Shown here piece after piece: positions 1-14,500 of a stretch of DNA of 64,000 nucleotides. The stretch comes from Orbicella franksi (taxonomy: Eukaryota), in the NCBI GenBank assembly GCA_964199315.1, contig OZ116701.1:31868001-31932000 (forward strand), given 5' to 3'. Each line of letters starts with the position of its first letter. Position 1 is the first letter of the stretch. The notes under the pieces were generated by a model, which saw only the letters and a list, made by a program, of their open reading frames with translations, was not told the DNA's origin and did not search any database. A program made the position numbers and the translations under genes.

Positions 1-153
1 ACAATTGTCCAGCTTATAGAGATTTACAGCTCAGTGACAGACAATTAATGCTGGCTAGCATAAAAAAATTATAGTCAATTAATGAGCCAAGGTCACTTAA
101 ATTCTTCTGTTATAAAATTGTGCTTATGTGTGAGGTAATCAAACTCTTTACAG

Positions 154-3100
154 ATTCCTTGCTACCCAAGCATCATATGATGTGGTTGTAGTTGGAGGAG
201 GAATAGTTGGTCTTGGAACAGCCAGAGAACTTATCCTGAGACATCCCACATTGAAGTTTGCAGTTGTAGAGAAAGAGAATGAATTATGTGAGTACAAGAC
301 AAACACAAGTACATGAGTTGTTTAACCCATTGAAGCTTGTGCTGGCCGCAACTGGCCATGATGAGTATTGGCCTTTGTTCCACCTCTAGCATCATCACCA
401 ATGACCAGAATTAGCATCATCTATACTCAAGTTCTGCAGGAGGAAAAGATCTTTCCAATGATACCCTGAAATATGTGTGAAAATGCACAGAAATTTGTGT
501 GAAAAACTCGAAGCAAAATTTCCTTTTATTAACTACACTTGGCTACTCTGTGGTAAAAATTGTCCGTCTTGATGATGCTTTCTCAGAATTTTTGAACTGA
601 AAGGAAGCCCAGTAGAAGGTCAATCACTGCAGCAAAAAGATAAGAAAAGGAGAAAAACTTTGAACAAATTTCTGTGGAGTTATGTGATTACATATCATTG
701 TACAGAACTTTTTGCATGCAATCTTTGACATATCTTTCATTCACTCTGTGTGATAGATAGATCTATCTATCTCGCAGAGGGGGAGGGCTTTTAAGGCACA
801 TTAAAAGAGAACTTGTTTTCTACGTAGGCTATGTTGTTAACCTTAATTAATTTTTTTTTATTCACATTTGTTTCATAATTTGTTTTTAATTCATTCCTTT
901 GTTCGTTAGCTGTGCACCAGTCTGGCAAGAACAGTGGAGTCATTCATTGTGGTATCTACTATACCCCAGGCTCCCTGAAGGCCAAGCTATGTGTGGAGGG
1001 ATTGGATCTGACCTACAAATACTGTGATGAAAAGAAAATCCCTTACAAGAAGTGTGGAAAAGTATGCCATAAGTAATCAACATTAATTACACATTTAAAA
1101 ATAAAATTATGATCAAGTGTTCCTTCTTTGAGAAGACTGTTAATTAACATGTATTAAATACTTGAGAATGGACATTATTTTTTCTATTCGACTAGTATTT
1201 TCAAACACTGCTCGGAATTCTTTGACATCCCATACTTATTTTAATGATTTTAATAACTCTCAGGGGTTTCATTAATGTTTTCAGCACTATGCAACTGGTT
1301 TTCACAGTACAGGGAGACAAAACATTTTGAACTGCACTACACTGGAGAAATTTGAAAATGATGTTTACACTCTTAAAAGATGATGACTGTTCACATTATG
1401 TCAGAGAAATTTTCACCTGCAATTTTGTATTTGTATTTGAAGAAGACTCAGGCAGGAAATATTTACGTGATTATCAAGACATTATGTTTTCGAAATGTTT
1501 CGTTTTGAAATTTTTTTCCATCCACACTAAAATACAAAGCCAGCATTTTCATATTTATCTGGCTTGAAAAGCATTTTGAAAAAGGATGGTATGGATGGTA
1601 GCCCTAACCATAAAATAAAGCTGAACTTTTCTTTGCATATTTTCTGTAAAACAAACATTTGTTTTAAAAGCAGACACCCTTTAAATATTAGGCTGACGCT
1701 AGCGAGGGTGTCATTGTCTGATAAGGCTTTCACTGTATTCTTAATATTAAGTCCCTTGTTCAATTTGCAGTCTGTCCAGGGTTTGAACCCACACTCTCCT
1801 GCTTTGAAATCAGGCACTCAACTAGCCTGTTGTGGTATAAATCTGAGGGGTATGATTTATCGTTCAAACTGGTGTCCTGAGTGTCCTTATTCAGTTTTTA
1901 CTTTCTAGATTATAGTGGCTGTAGAAAAGAAAGAGGTACCTCAGCTTGAGAAATTATATCAACGAGGCCTGGAAAATGGAGTAAAGGACCTGAAAATTTT
2001 GGACTCAAAAGAAATTAAGGATGTAGAGCCATACTGTGAGGTAAGAATTTACCTTTGAGGTTAAAGGGATTAGTTTTTATTAGTCTGTCCACAGACCATC
2101 TATTTTCTCTCAAGATTGAAAGGGAGGGATAAGCAAGAATGCAAAGGGTGGGGTGGGGAAGGGGGGCACTCAGGATTGAAAATTCAAACACTCAGATTGT
2201 TGGCAGTAAAAGAGTTGACTGTGTAACTTTTTGTGTGTTGTTTGTAGGGTGTGTCTGCCATCTTGTCACCCAATACCGGAATAGTGGACTGGGCAGAAGT
2301 AGCAAGAAGTTATGGTGATGACTTCAAGAAGGCCGGTGGTGATATCTATACTGGCTATGAGGTCAGGATATGAGCAAAACATTTCTAATAATATATTATG
2401 CACACATCTTACTTACTTAAGTAAAGTTATTATAGTTTAGCCCTTGTTACTGAAAAAAAATTCATTTTCCAAGCTTAAAATTTACCATCTGTCATTAGTT
2501 ATCATGCACAATACTTTCGATTTTGCTGATCCTAGTAAAATGCAATATTCGTGTCACGTATGATGCTAATAAATGGAATAGCTTACCATGAATCTATCCA
2601 TTGCTCAGTAGTTCAGTAGTTCATGTATCTGGAAGGTTATGGCTGAACCTCACTGAGGATTTGTTCTTTGTCCCATTGCTCCTGATGTGATGAATTTTCA
2701 TCCTTCTCCCGTCTTTCAATGCGAGTCACTTAGTGATTCATCAGTCTACTTTAAAGTGTCAATATTATTAATTAACCAGTTGATTTGTTCTTCTCATAGG
2801 TCACAGATTTTAGTTGTAGCCCAGAAAGTAATAGTTCTCAAGAAAAGGAAGCAGGTGAATTTTTTTTTACAAGTTTTACATCCTCCAGTGTGAGCTTCTT
2901 ACAAATTTTATAGTACTCTACATCTACAGAGTCAACTATGAATTTTTTCTAAGTAACATAGACCTTAAATTATGTGGTTGATGGGGTGGGGGTAATCGCT
3001 ACTGGTGTGCAATGGACTTGTGATTCATGCAGCAGTCTGAATTGAGTGGTTTGAGTCCAAGCAACTGTTAATCAGGAGTTTTTCTGTTGTTTTCTTGGGC

Positions 3101-6100
3101 AAGACACTTAACTCTCACAGTGCCTGTCTCTACCCAGGTGTATATAAGTGTGTCCAGAAAACTGCCAGGGTACCCCTCCCCTACTAGCATTCTATCCAGG
3201 AAGGAGTGTGAAGCAATCTTGTTGCAGAAACTGAGATAAACCTTTGTCTTGGTGGGGTTATTCACTTTAGCCCAATTAAAGAGCATAGCCAGTCTTTTTG
3301 AAGAGTTAAAGGCAGGCTAAGGCAGGACCTACCGACTGATACCCTAGCTTTCTCCCTGCAATTGAAGCGTTCTCTGTGTCATTGTTGCTAGCACTTAAAA
3401 TTTGCAGGTGCTGTGGTCTATCACTCTGTTTCTTTTTTCTCAGGTCACACTCACCCTGTTACTGTACATGGAAAGAATGTCGTAAGATTTTTTCTTGTTT
3501 CTTTGCTTTCTCAGTTATCTTCGTTACTCAAACTGCACGCATTTACACTAGTACCGAAACATGTTGATGTAATTGGACAGTTCACATTAAATGTTCATCT
3601 GCAATCGTTTTCCATGCTTGGATCTAAACTTTATACAGTTTTATGGCACCTGTCTGAAACTGAAACTGGCAAATTTTGATCAAGCCTATTCACTTCATTT
3701 CTCTCCCTGTTACCTAAAGTACACGTTAGTTTTGTTTAACGTAAGAAGAGTTTTGTGTTTGGCCCCATCACCCTCTTGTTTGTCTCATTCACTCACTGAG
3801 CAAAAACAAAGAAAATTCACTCTTTAAACAATATTTTTGACTAAGGAATCAACTCCTTTGCAGACACTTTTTTTTTAGGGTTAGAGGAAGTGACCTACCC
3901 TAAACAATTAAACATACCCATGCGGTAAGGGTGGTTTTCAATTTCGAGAGTGTCGTAAAACCAAAACCAATTGAAAGTAATTACTGTAACCAATCACAAA
4001 GGACACAGATAATCTGGTTAACCAATCAAAACTCAGAGCAAATGCATGTAGCCGGCGAGAAGCGCGGGAAAACATGTGCGTGGCGCACGTGCCATGTGCG
4101 TGGAGTTTTTAAGCCAATCGTGTAGGGTAGTAATGCAAACACAGTGCAAATGCGTCAGCGTATTACGTTTGACACTCAAGTAAGTATCGCTCCATGTCTT
4201 ACAGCTTAATTTATTGCATTCCTTGCTTTTCTCTCTACCAGTCCCCCATTAGCTGTCGTTATGTCGTCACCTGCGGAGGCCTTTATTCAGACCGGTTGGC
4301 AGAGAAATCCGGATGTAAAGAAGATCCTCGCATTGTGCCATTCCGAGGAGAATACCTCAAGTTGAAAGACGAAAAGAATTACTTAGTCAACGGCAACATT
4401 TACCCGGTGCGTATGTCGCCTTCGCAAAATTTGTTTGGGCTGTTGCACAATGTGTATAAAAGTGTTGCTGTCTGCTTTGTCTCAGATCCATGTCCATTCT
4501 TGTCTTGTATCGCTAATCTCAAATTACTTAACCTTATTTCTTTGCTAGCACAAACTTCCTTGTTTTTAATTGCATTGTGAAGCAAGAGAAGATAAATGTA
4601 AGAGTGAATCTCCTATATAGGCCGCTTATACCCAAGGTTATCCCTCTTAAGTTATTTTTAGACATAGTGCCCAGTTCTTCCGCGGATACTGTTACCACGC
4701 GCGTTGCGTTGATGTTCTCATGGAGAATGAAAATGCGGGTAAAGCCGCGTGGGCTGTCCACTTGCGTAAAGCTCACGTCATAAGGTTGGCTATATATAGA
4801 CCCTGTTAAGATTTCAGAAACCGGGAGTGATCTAACAATAACTTGACATGGATTACCTTGTGAATGAGGCCTATAAGAGGAATTAACTCTCTTACTAGTC
4901 ATCCTCTTTTGGTAAAAGTCATTGACCGTTTGCAGTTAGTGTTTTAGAGGTTTTTCTCGAGTTAGGCATAGCCAATGAGAAAGCACACCGTTTGGTGAGA
5001 GTAATTCCGGCTATAAAATAATGTAATTTTTTCTTCTTAGGTACCAGACCCAAATTTTCCTTTCCTTGGAGTCCACTTTACTCCGCGCGTTGATGGCAGC
5101 GTGTGGCTTGGGCCCAATGCCGTTTTGGCATTTGCTCGGGAAGGATACAAACTTACAGATGTGAATTTTAAGGACTTAATAGATGCCTTGGGGTACCGGT
5201 ATGTATTATTTAAGAACTACTCATAAAGATTCTTGGTGCAAACCATCGATTCAAAACTATGTATGGCGTTTAACGTTTGGTTTTGGGTTTTTTGCCTCTT
5301 AACGGTTTACAATTGGCTAAGTCATGACTCTTTTTTGCCGTTATTATTCGTATTTCAAGCAGGCTAGGTAACATCCCCTTAACGGGAAAATGTTATTTTT
5401 GTATTCAGATAGGTCTAACGACTGTTCTGAAATGTAAACTAAAGTTATGATAGAGCTTCACGACGACGACACCTGTAATACAACGATCAGCAGAGTCGAA
5501 ACTAAAACACGTGACAAAGAGGAAAGCGTGGGAAAGACTGCGATTAACCAGTCAGAACTCAACGTAATGTCACCCATGAGACGCGCGGGAAAAGTCGAGA
5601 CTGACCAATGAAAACTCAATGCAAGAAATGTTGCCCGTGAGAAGCGCGGGGAAATTCGAGGCTAACCAACCAGAAATCAAGCAGAAAAATGCCATCAATA
5701 TATTTAAGAAGCGCGGAGGGTGAGCGCGATTGGTCAGAAATGCGCGTGTTGTACGAGTTTTGTAAACTATTTGTGGAGCTCAGCACGGAAAACGTTTGCA
5801 ACTGTAGAAAGAAAGAGAGAAAGCGATGCTGTGACAGTTTTTTAAAGCGCAAAGTATCAGGAGAAGCAATTCTGAATACATGTATTATCTTTTGTTTTTA
5901 GTGGTCTAAGGAAACTAATGTTCCAGTATTTCACATTTGGTGTTGGAGAGTATTATCGTGGAATCATCAAATCAGCACAAGTGAAGCAACTTCAAAGATA
6001 CATACCCAGTCTGAAAGTCGAGGACGTTGAGAGGTATGTAACCAAGTGCCGCTCTCAGAATTTTCTTCCAGGCCGTCACGTATTAATTGCGTGATTTTTT

Positions 6101-6457
6101 TCATTAACTCAGTGGAAGTCAACACAGAATCTAGGAGTTTGTTCGGTTTGTTTTTTTTGCTGGACTTTCTTTACTCTCAGTGCCTCTTGCCACTCGTGAG
6201 TGCTTATGACTACTGGTAAATGTAGCCTTAACCTATTTTGTTTCACTTCAACCAATCATAGAGGGCCAGCTGGAGTTCGTGCCCAGGCCATGGACCGTGA
6301 TGGGAATTTAGTGGAGGACTTCGTGTTTGATGGAGGCTCAGGTGACATAGGGAGCCGAGTGCTGCACGTCAGAAATGCGCCCTCCCCGGGAGCCACGTCC
6401 TCTCTTGCCATTGCTAAAATGGTAGCAGAGAAGGTTAAAGATCGTTTTCACCTATAG
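154..6457 (+). CDS. L2HGDH: L-2-hydroxyglutarate dehydrogenase, mitochondrial (5'-partial; first exon upstream of the window)
   Basis: GT-AG exons joined in frame: 154-287, 910-1061, 1909-2040, 2248-2361, 2800-2854, 3444-3481, 4242-4406, 5041-5198, 5902-6033, 6262-6457 (TAG). The translation contains the FAD motif [12 protein letters not shown], then [69 protein letters not shown] and [13 protein letters not shown], which are hallmark L2HGDH segments. Confidence 0.96.
3050..3260 (+). mobile_element. Degenerate tRNA-derived SINE copy
   Basis: GGGCAAGACACTTAACTCTCACAGTGCC...CCCAGGTGTAT...ACTAGCATTCTATCCAGG...GCAGAAACTGAGATAA shares blocks with the copies at 16905-17050 and 21888-21989. Confidence 0.6.
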
Positions 6458-8532
6458 AAGATGCACTATAGTTATACTAGAGAATGATATTACTTGTAAT
6501 CAGAAACATGCTTCTGTTGTAATATTAAATCGTCCCTTTGAACCGCAAAACACAATGGAAAGCAACCTGACCAGTGCAAAAAACGCGGACTGTATAATGC
6601 AGCGTCTCTTTCACAGGAGAATATCTGAGTAGTCACTGTGGGAGCTACAGCCATAGGTTGTCTAAATGGCGTCTAGCTGTTTTTTCAAACACCTAAACTA
6701 TACCATGTGTATGCATGTTTCAAAACCACAAACTAATGTGTATCACGTATGATCTTCCGCTAGGCGAAACCAAAGTTAAAACAAATCCTAAGTGGGTGTC
6801 GCAAATTATGCGCACATAACATAGACCAAGGCAGCTAAGCTATCAAGTGTCATCTTTTTAACGATAATGTAAAACAATAATTATACTTACAGAATATTGT
6901 AAATTATGTATTCGTAAATGTTTACGCCGTTTTAGACTCCAAAGATAGGAGGAATTTCACCATAATTGTTCTATTTCACCAACTGTCAAGTTCTGTTTTT
7001 AAAGGAGGAAACGTTTGTCAAGTTAGATAGCTCGGTATACATTCTCTTAGTTAAACAAGCGTTTCTCGTTTAAAATTGAACGGAGATTTCTGTAAAATTT
7101 ATATTATGAATACAAATGATCAATATCGGATGTGACCTAACTGTAGGAGACGAGAATAAATAAATTTTTAAACTAGTCTTGATTTGTTTTTTCAGTCAGT
7201 GAGAGTCAGCGAGGTCGTCTAGAATTGATCCGAAGAAGTATGGGGTACTATGGGGTACCATTGATCGGAAGTTTGCCTCGTTGGCGTACGGGTTTGAGTG
7301 AAGAAAGCATCATGCGTGATACAAATTGACTGTAAACACTTAAAGAACTTGGATATTTAGTAACGAGTGAAATGTGTAGCTTTGTGGGTGTATTACAGGG
7401 GTTTTTATTGAGGACTGGCTGACTGGACAAATAGACCTGTTGTGAGGACGAGTTTGGCCGTTTTGGTTTGATTATCTAGGGGAAAGTTTTTCTTATAATG
7501 TTCAGTTCAAATAATTTTGACCTCCTGCTGTAACCCCTTGTAATAATGAAGATATTGGATTTCCAAATATGCAAAATTTCCTGGTAAAGTTCCAAGATTT
7601 TAAACCTACATCTCAAAACGAGTGGGCTCAAATTTCGTGGGACAGTTACTCGTGCCATTCGTTTTCAATACTCAAGGTTAGTATTATGGTAAAATAGACA
7701 TGTCAGCCAGAGTTGGTGCCTTTGCTTTCAAAGAAAAGGCGAAAAAAAACTGCCGTTCATAATGGTAAGAGATTGCATAATCATAAGCAAGGAAACGGTG
7801 AAGATAGTTAGATTACTGTGAGGAGTGGGTTATCAACACTAGCCACATGTACACAAGCTATGACCTATTTCGCTCCAAATCTACGAGGGAGACAAGTAAT
7901 GAACAACCAACCAAAATACAATACTGAAACTGCTAGGAATTGAATTATCTTTATTTTCAGAGGGACATTAAAAAAACATTTGATATTTCTAGGAATTACA
8001 GTTTACTTCGAGTTTCTCTCGGCAATAAAGCAAAATTTATTAAACGATTCCCGCAACGAAGCGTTTGTCTCATCGATTAATTGTGGGGCATGCCGTCAGG
8101 AACACATTTGTATTTAAACTCAAAACACCCACCCTCCCTACCCACAACTTCGATGTTCACCAGGAACGTAAAATTATTGCCATTTTATTAGTACTCGTAC
8201 CAGGCCTCCATCAACATCCAGGCTAGCTTGTTGACTGCTACTCGATTTAAAAATTGTTCAATTGTTTCATGTTTCAGTACACGTATTACATAGTCCACTA
8301 TTCTCGAAAACGGAAAAAAAAAATATCCTTATATTTGCAAGATATATAATTCTACTCCTGAGCAAAATCAGGACTATATTCCTTGGGATGAATCGCGCCA
8401 TTTATAGCTACGTTTTAAAATCAATTTTTAAAACAAATTTACTTTCCATACAATGGCACTCCATACAATGGAAGTCTTCTAGCCTTTTAGTCTTTTTGTC
8501 ACGCAGTGATTGGTCACGACATCTCATGAGTG

Positions 8533-11500
8533 TCATGAACGCCTTGATTTTGGCGGCAAAGCCGGTGGAAGAGCGTCCTCGTGATTGGCTAATTCCTCAT
8601 TAGCGAACACAGGTTCATGGCCTCCGGGTATCCTAGGGGGAATGGGAGGTGGAGATCGACGAGTCCCCTTCTCCCTAGGGGGAATTGGAGGCGCATCTTC
8701 GCTCTCTTGAGCAGGATTCGGAAACCTCTCTAATGTCACTGACTTCGGAGGTATTCGAGGCACACCCGGAAGAGTCATCGACATTTGCCGGTGGACAGGC
8801 GAAGTAACATCTTCGGAAGACCTCTCCCCGTTCACGGAAGCCGCCCGAGGCTTCGACTGAGCTGACGGTTTCCGAGGGGGTATGTCGGGTGGAGGTTCCT
8901 TCTCCGGAAAGTTCTCAATGTTAACGTAATCAGGCTCTGAATCTTCCAACAACGGAGATTCGGGAATCGTTTCCGAGACATTGTCGGGAGGCAGGAAAGT
9001 CATGGAGGATAACGAAGTCCTCGGCGTACTCGGAGATAATGACGTAGTTGAAGGAAACATGTCACTGTCAGGTAAGAAAATGGCGGACGCTTGAGAGGTG
9101 CTCCGTTTCAAGGTAGTTTGTGATGTGATTGACAGGCGGGACTGCAGATAGCTGGGTTTAGTTCCTGGTGACTTGAGCGAAATGTCCGTTTTTCGAGGCT
9201 GAATAGTATAAGACAAAAAACGACAAGACATTAGGGACGGGCCATAATGTTTTGAGGGGGGGAGGGGTTGGGAAATTTTCTAGGGCATGAAATTTTTTCT
9301 CACCTTTAGGTTGGGCATGATTCTTTTGTCCGTGGGCAACAGCTCGTGCAAAAATTATTTTTTAACATCAGAAACCAAAACAATGTTAGTAGAAAGCACT
9401 TGCTCGATTATTTTTCACCATGGCTCCACTTGCAGGTTTTTCCCCAGCAGTTTTTACTTTGAAATTGCCCAACCCCCCCCCCCTCCATTGTCCGTCCCTT
9501 AGAGAACAAGTCACCTCTACATCACAGACAGGTCACTTGGTCTCAGAAAAGTCAGAATTCATATAATCTATTGCTCACATTACGCACGCTTCAATAGTAC
9601 GCTTCACCCTCTCTTTGGTGTTCAGAAACTGCGTCTGAGTATCGTTAAAGGAAGGAATTTCTGTCACGCAAGACACCGAATCTGTCCATACAATCACCCT
9701 ATGTAAACACACCCCACTCTTGACCCCTTTAATTCTTTTCCCGTTTGAGACATCCGAGATTCGACCCGAAAAATTCCAATGATTACGTAGCGTCATCACT
9801 ATGGAATTCTTCGGGTTCAATCCATGTAGTGGGAAAGTTTGAGACATTTACGTGATGGTAAAAGTCGCCCTCGAAATCGTATAAAACCACGGTTCCTTGT
9901 GATCCTATTTCGTGCATACAGGGAGCATTTAAAACGAAAAACTTGAGGCTTCGAATTTCCCTGGCGAATGGCTAGTCAGGTGCAGTCGACCCTTTCCCCA
10001 CCCCACCAAATCGGCCTCAGTAGGGTAAATGCTGGAATAAGCAGAGTGCGTCAGTTAAGCAGCCTGTCAATCATTTAGAAATCTGCAGTCGTCTACTTAA
10101 TTTTATTGGTACCTTGCATTTCCACTTACGTGTTTAACCAGCTGTTTGCAGTTTCGCGGCTCAATCTCCAGAGAAAGTTGATACAAATAATCTTCCATCT
10201 CGGTATCACTGCGTCCTTCAAACGGATCCAATGATTCTAGATATTCCTAAAGACAGATCATACATGTTAACAAATGACTGGTTTATAGGTCTTACAGAGG
10301 TCCCCGAAAATGAGAAAACAGTAACATTGCCAGTCTTTCGCGTCTACGCAAACACGCAAGATTTGTTGTGGAAGTAAAATCGAAAACGTTTCTGACTTTT
10401 TTCTTTCAGAAATCTTTCATCACTCGGGAAATTTTCTCACGTTTTCGCGCCAAGGAAGAAATTTTAGCAAGAGTGTTTCCTCGTTTTCAGAGGGAGTCGG
10501 GGAACGTTTTTCAGAGTGAGGAATTTTTCATTCTATTGATGTGACATTTTCTTGACTACAAGCTAATAAGGAATGAAAATGCCTTAACGAGCGCTTTTCC
10601 GAAGACTTTCGAAACAAATTGCTTACAGTGACTTACCGCGATAAAATGTTCTTTCTGGAGACAATAAGGCTGGTTTTGATACTGCTGGATTTCACCAGTT
10701 ATTTCTGCCACTTTTCTCCTGTGGATACAAATAGACCCAGGTATAAAATACTGCCGGGTTGTTCAAAGCCCGTTTAAGCGAACCCAGGATTAGCGAGAAT
10801 TTTGATTTCAGTTTTGTACGTTTTGGGTGAGGTTTTCTGTTTATATTTCTGCTTGCCCTTCAGTTTTGAGCTTTAATAATCTCAAACTGCACAGATTAAA
10901 AGTAATGAAAAACATTTTGAGACAAGGAAAATTAATACTTCGGTTAACTTTTAATCCTGGGTTAGTGTGCCCTACTGAGATCTTTGTCCCATTTTGCCAA
11001 CAAGGTGACAGGTTTTCCAAACAGAACTTACTAGGACGAGCTGACTTTTCAAGAGCGTCTTCCTTTCCAAAGTTTCCCCTCCGACAGACATTATGACTAA
11101 ACTGCATTACAACATGAAAAACATCATGTTGCTATTGTGAAAAATGGTCTACTGCGGTGGTAACTCACCTTTTACTAAAGTTTATGATCCCCTCAGGATA
11201 ATTGGGTAGAAAATCAGGATTGCCTTCCTCTGTCTTCAGGATATTTGTTAAGTACATACCTAAAGTGCAAAAAGGAAAATGAACAAAAACAGTAGTCTCG
11301 ATATAAGCGACTAGTTTAAAGTTCACCGTTGTTTACAGAATTCAATCAGGCATTTTGACGGAAGGCCATGAGGTTATCCTTATAAATGAAAAGCTTCCGC
11401 CTTTCTTAGGAACACACCAAAAACACCAGGGGCTATGACCCCTACTGTCTTTATCAGTGGTGTAGGATCTCAACGTCTTTACAAATTGTCACGGTTAAAG

Positions 11501-14500
11501 TGTAGTGAAAGGCTAACGGCTTAACGTCCCTTCCCCGAGACGCGATCATCTGAGCTGAGCCAGTTGCCATGAATTAGTAAAATTAGCAGCAGATATGTAT
11601 ATATTTCATATTGACCACGCGAAAGGGCCATACTGTTGAATATCGGCCCGAGGTCCCGAACGGGCTTGGTTGATAAGAGATTTCTCTACAACTTCAATCT
11701 TAGAAACTTCAAGACTTAGAAAATATCGGACCGGTAATCGAGCAGTGATTGGTTGATTTTAGTTATTGGCCCTCCAGACTAACTTCGTCGTATTATGAGG
11801 TAAATATTGCTCGAATCAAAGTGATCACAGAGCAGTCTCCAACCTACATCACTTGCAAAAAATTTCGGACGCTTAATTTTCGGACGCTTTTGGTCTAATT
11901 TCGGACAAATTTCAGACAAAAATTTCGGACACTATGACGAAAACATAAATCTACGTCTAGAAAACACGAATTAGACAGGAAAGACATCTGTGAAAATGAT
12001 ACTTTTACTGCACCTTCGAGATTTTAGAGATAAACCTAGGAGAAATTAAAACAAATCTTGTCAAACCGTCTCGTATCTCAAGCAGTGTTCGCCTCATAAA
12101 GGAAACTATGGGCTTAGGAGCTACTTAAAAATTCCACACTGTACTGCAAATCTTTCGAACGGTTTTATTTTCGGAAACTTTTTTTGTACAAATTTTAAGT
12201 CGTACGAAATTTTTTGTTTTTATTGCGTACCGAAGAAGGGAACACACGGTGGATTGATCGAGCGTAACTTCTCAATGTACTTCTTGTAATGATAGTTGCT
12301 AAGCTCTTTCGCCTCTTCCAGAGCCTGGCTCCGTCGAACGGATAACTCCTGCAGGTAAAAAAATAGCAATAATTAAATAAATAAACAGCAACGACAGAAC
12401 AAAATGAAATAAAATGAAAACGACAGACGTACCGCAAAGGTGTGTTGAAGTCTAAAAACAGGCGACGAATTGATTGCACTAACTACTTCTAAAATACCAT
12501 TGAAATTGTTTAATTCTTGGAAAACCTGCAAAAAAATTAAGACACAAACGACCACGTAAATGAAACATTTGAGATAGCTTTAAATTTATACCTAACTTCT
12601 CAGCTCTTTGAATGAAGGACATTTTAAGAAGGAGCAAAGGCGATCCGGCATTGTGTTAGTTTTACTCACTGCGCTCTATGATTGGCTTAAAACCTCGTGC
12701 CACCAATTCAACCATTCCACACATTGGAGTGTTAGTTGTCAATAACAAAGACAGGCCAGCGAGGACTTGGGAGATAACATTCACTACGCATGCTCAAAAC
12801 ACATTACGCATGCTCAAACGTGTGTCATGTTTCGAAAGTTGTCGACAACTAAGCCAATGATTCCCACACACGGGAAAAACGGTCAAAACCTGGATGTCGA
12901 CAACTCATTAAAAGCAGTTTCACTTTTCGAAAAGGGAGACTGCTTAGTTGTCGAACACTAAAACAATTTAGCGTTTAGTTGTCGACAACTCAACTCACAC
13001 ACTACGTTTTTTATTAGTCAACAACATTTAGTTTTCGATAACAAATAGTTGTCAGCAACTAAATGTCCAGTCTGCGGAGGCGCTTACATGTACTGTATCT
13101 CTGAATACTCACTGTTAGAATATCGATAACTCTGTTTAAAACTGCTACTCTTTCTTCTAAGTTCGGGAACTCCAGCATACTTTTCTCAAACCAGACCGTG
13201 ATCTTGTTTGTATGATGAATCATTTTCAGTAAGTTCGGTGACGTGAGATGCTTTATGTCTTCCTTCGTCCACACGCTCCCCACAAGTTCTGAAGGACGCA
13301 CCGCTCTGAAAACAAACAAAGCGGAGATTTGTTCCCACAGAAACTCTAGTGCTAGGTCGGATTGTAGGGAGTTTAGGAAACCACGACGGCGACGCCCAGG
13401 ACAACGTCGATTAAAAAAAAATGAATTTATCTTTTACCTACGAATCTCGCGGTACTCTTAAGTCATTTACTTTATCACTGTCAAAACTATCACGAAACAC
13501 AGCGATAAATTTGAAATAAAAATTTTACGTTCTCCAGACATCGCAGAATTTGGTCATTTCACGTTGTTGTTTTGCAGAGGACGGCAAAGAAATGTACCAA
13601 GAATTATAACGCACGTGCACAGCCATTGTGCTGCTCATTAATTCTTTTGTTCACTGACGTTCCCGTTGTCGTGGTTTTCCTAAGCTCCCTTGATTAACAA
13701 CAACAACTCGACAACATGAAGACTTCGAAAAGTCGTCAACTAAAGTTAGGAAGGTTGTGGGTTCAGTTGTCTCACTGTCATAACATAAAAAACTAAAACA
13801 AGAAGAAAATAAATCCTTTACCTGTACAACTCTGACTCAATGAGAGTCAGCTGCCGTGCAATCTCAATTGGGTGCAGCTGCAAGAAAAATAACAAGCTTG
13901 AACGATTGGTTTTTAAACATAGGCACACTTAAGACTTGCATTAAGACGGTTACATATGAATTCAAAATGAAACTTAGAGTTAGGCCCTGTCTACATTAAC
14001 GTGTTTTTACCTAAAACGTTAACTTAATGATACGTTTTCGCCTACCGTCCACACTATTAAAAACGATCGCAAAAGTTCATCTTTTTCATCGAAAACGTGC
14101 ACATTTGAAAACAACGGAGCTCCATGGTACAAGTGTGGACAGCGAAAATGCGGGAAGCTTTCGCGAACACTGACGTCACGTGGTATGCGCAAATGACGGT
14201 TATGTTATTTTCTCACCGCGCATTAGCATTTTCGATTGTATTGGAGTGGACAAGTAAAACGCTACGAACAACACAAAACAAGACTTGAACTTACCGTGAG
14301 TATGTCGAACCGTTCGATGTCATTACAAGCTGCTATGTGCCACTCAATCGGCGGCGGCTCCTTCTCAAATGTAATTTCAGGAGCTAAACTTTCTCTGTTG
14401 GTTGTCTGAAAAACAAATACCTTAATTAATTAATTAATTAATTAATTAATTAATCAACCAATTAATTAATTAATTAATGCTTACGGAGTTGCCAAGCCCT

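Noticed and set aside
910-950. L2HGDH has QSGKNSG where human has QTGHNSG
   Set aside because: This position varies among related FAD oxidoreductases, and the neighbouring NSGVIH and all other motifs are intact. There is no ground to infer altered function.
11860-11935. Five spaced copies of AATTTCGGAC (superficially CRISPR-like)
   Set aside because: The units are about 10 nt with short irregular spacers, inside a eukaryotic intron, with no cas genes. This is an ordinary repeat-internal motif.
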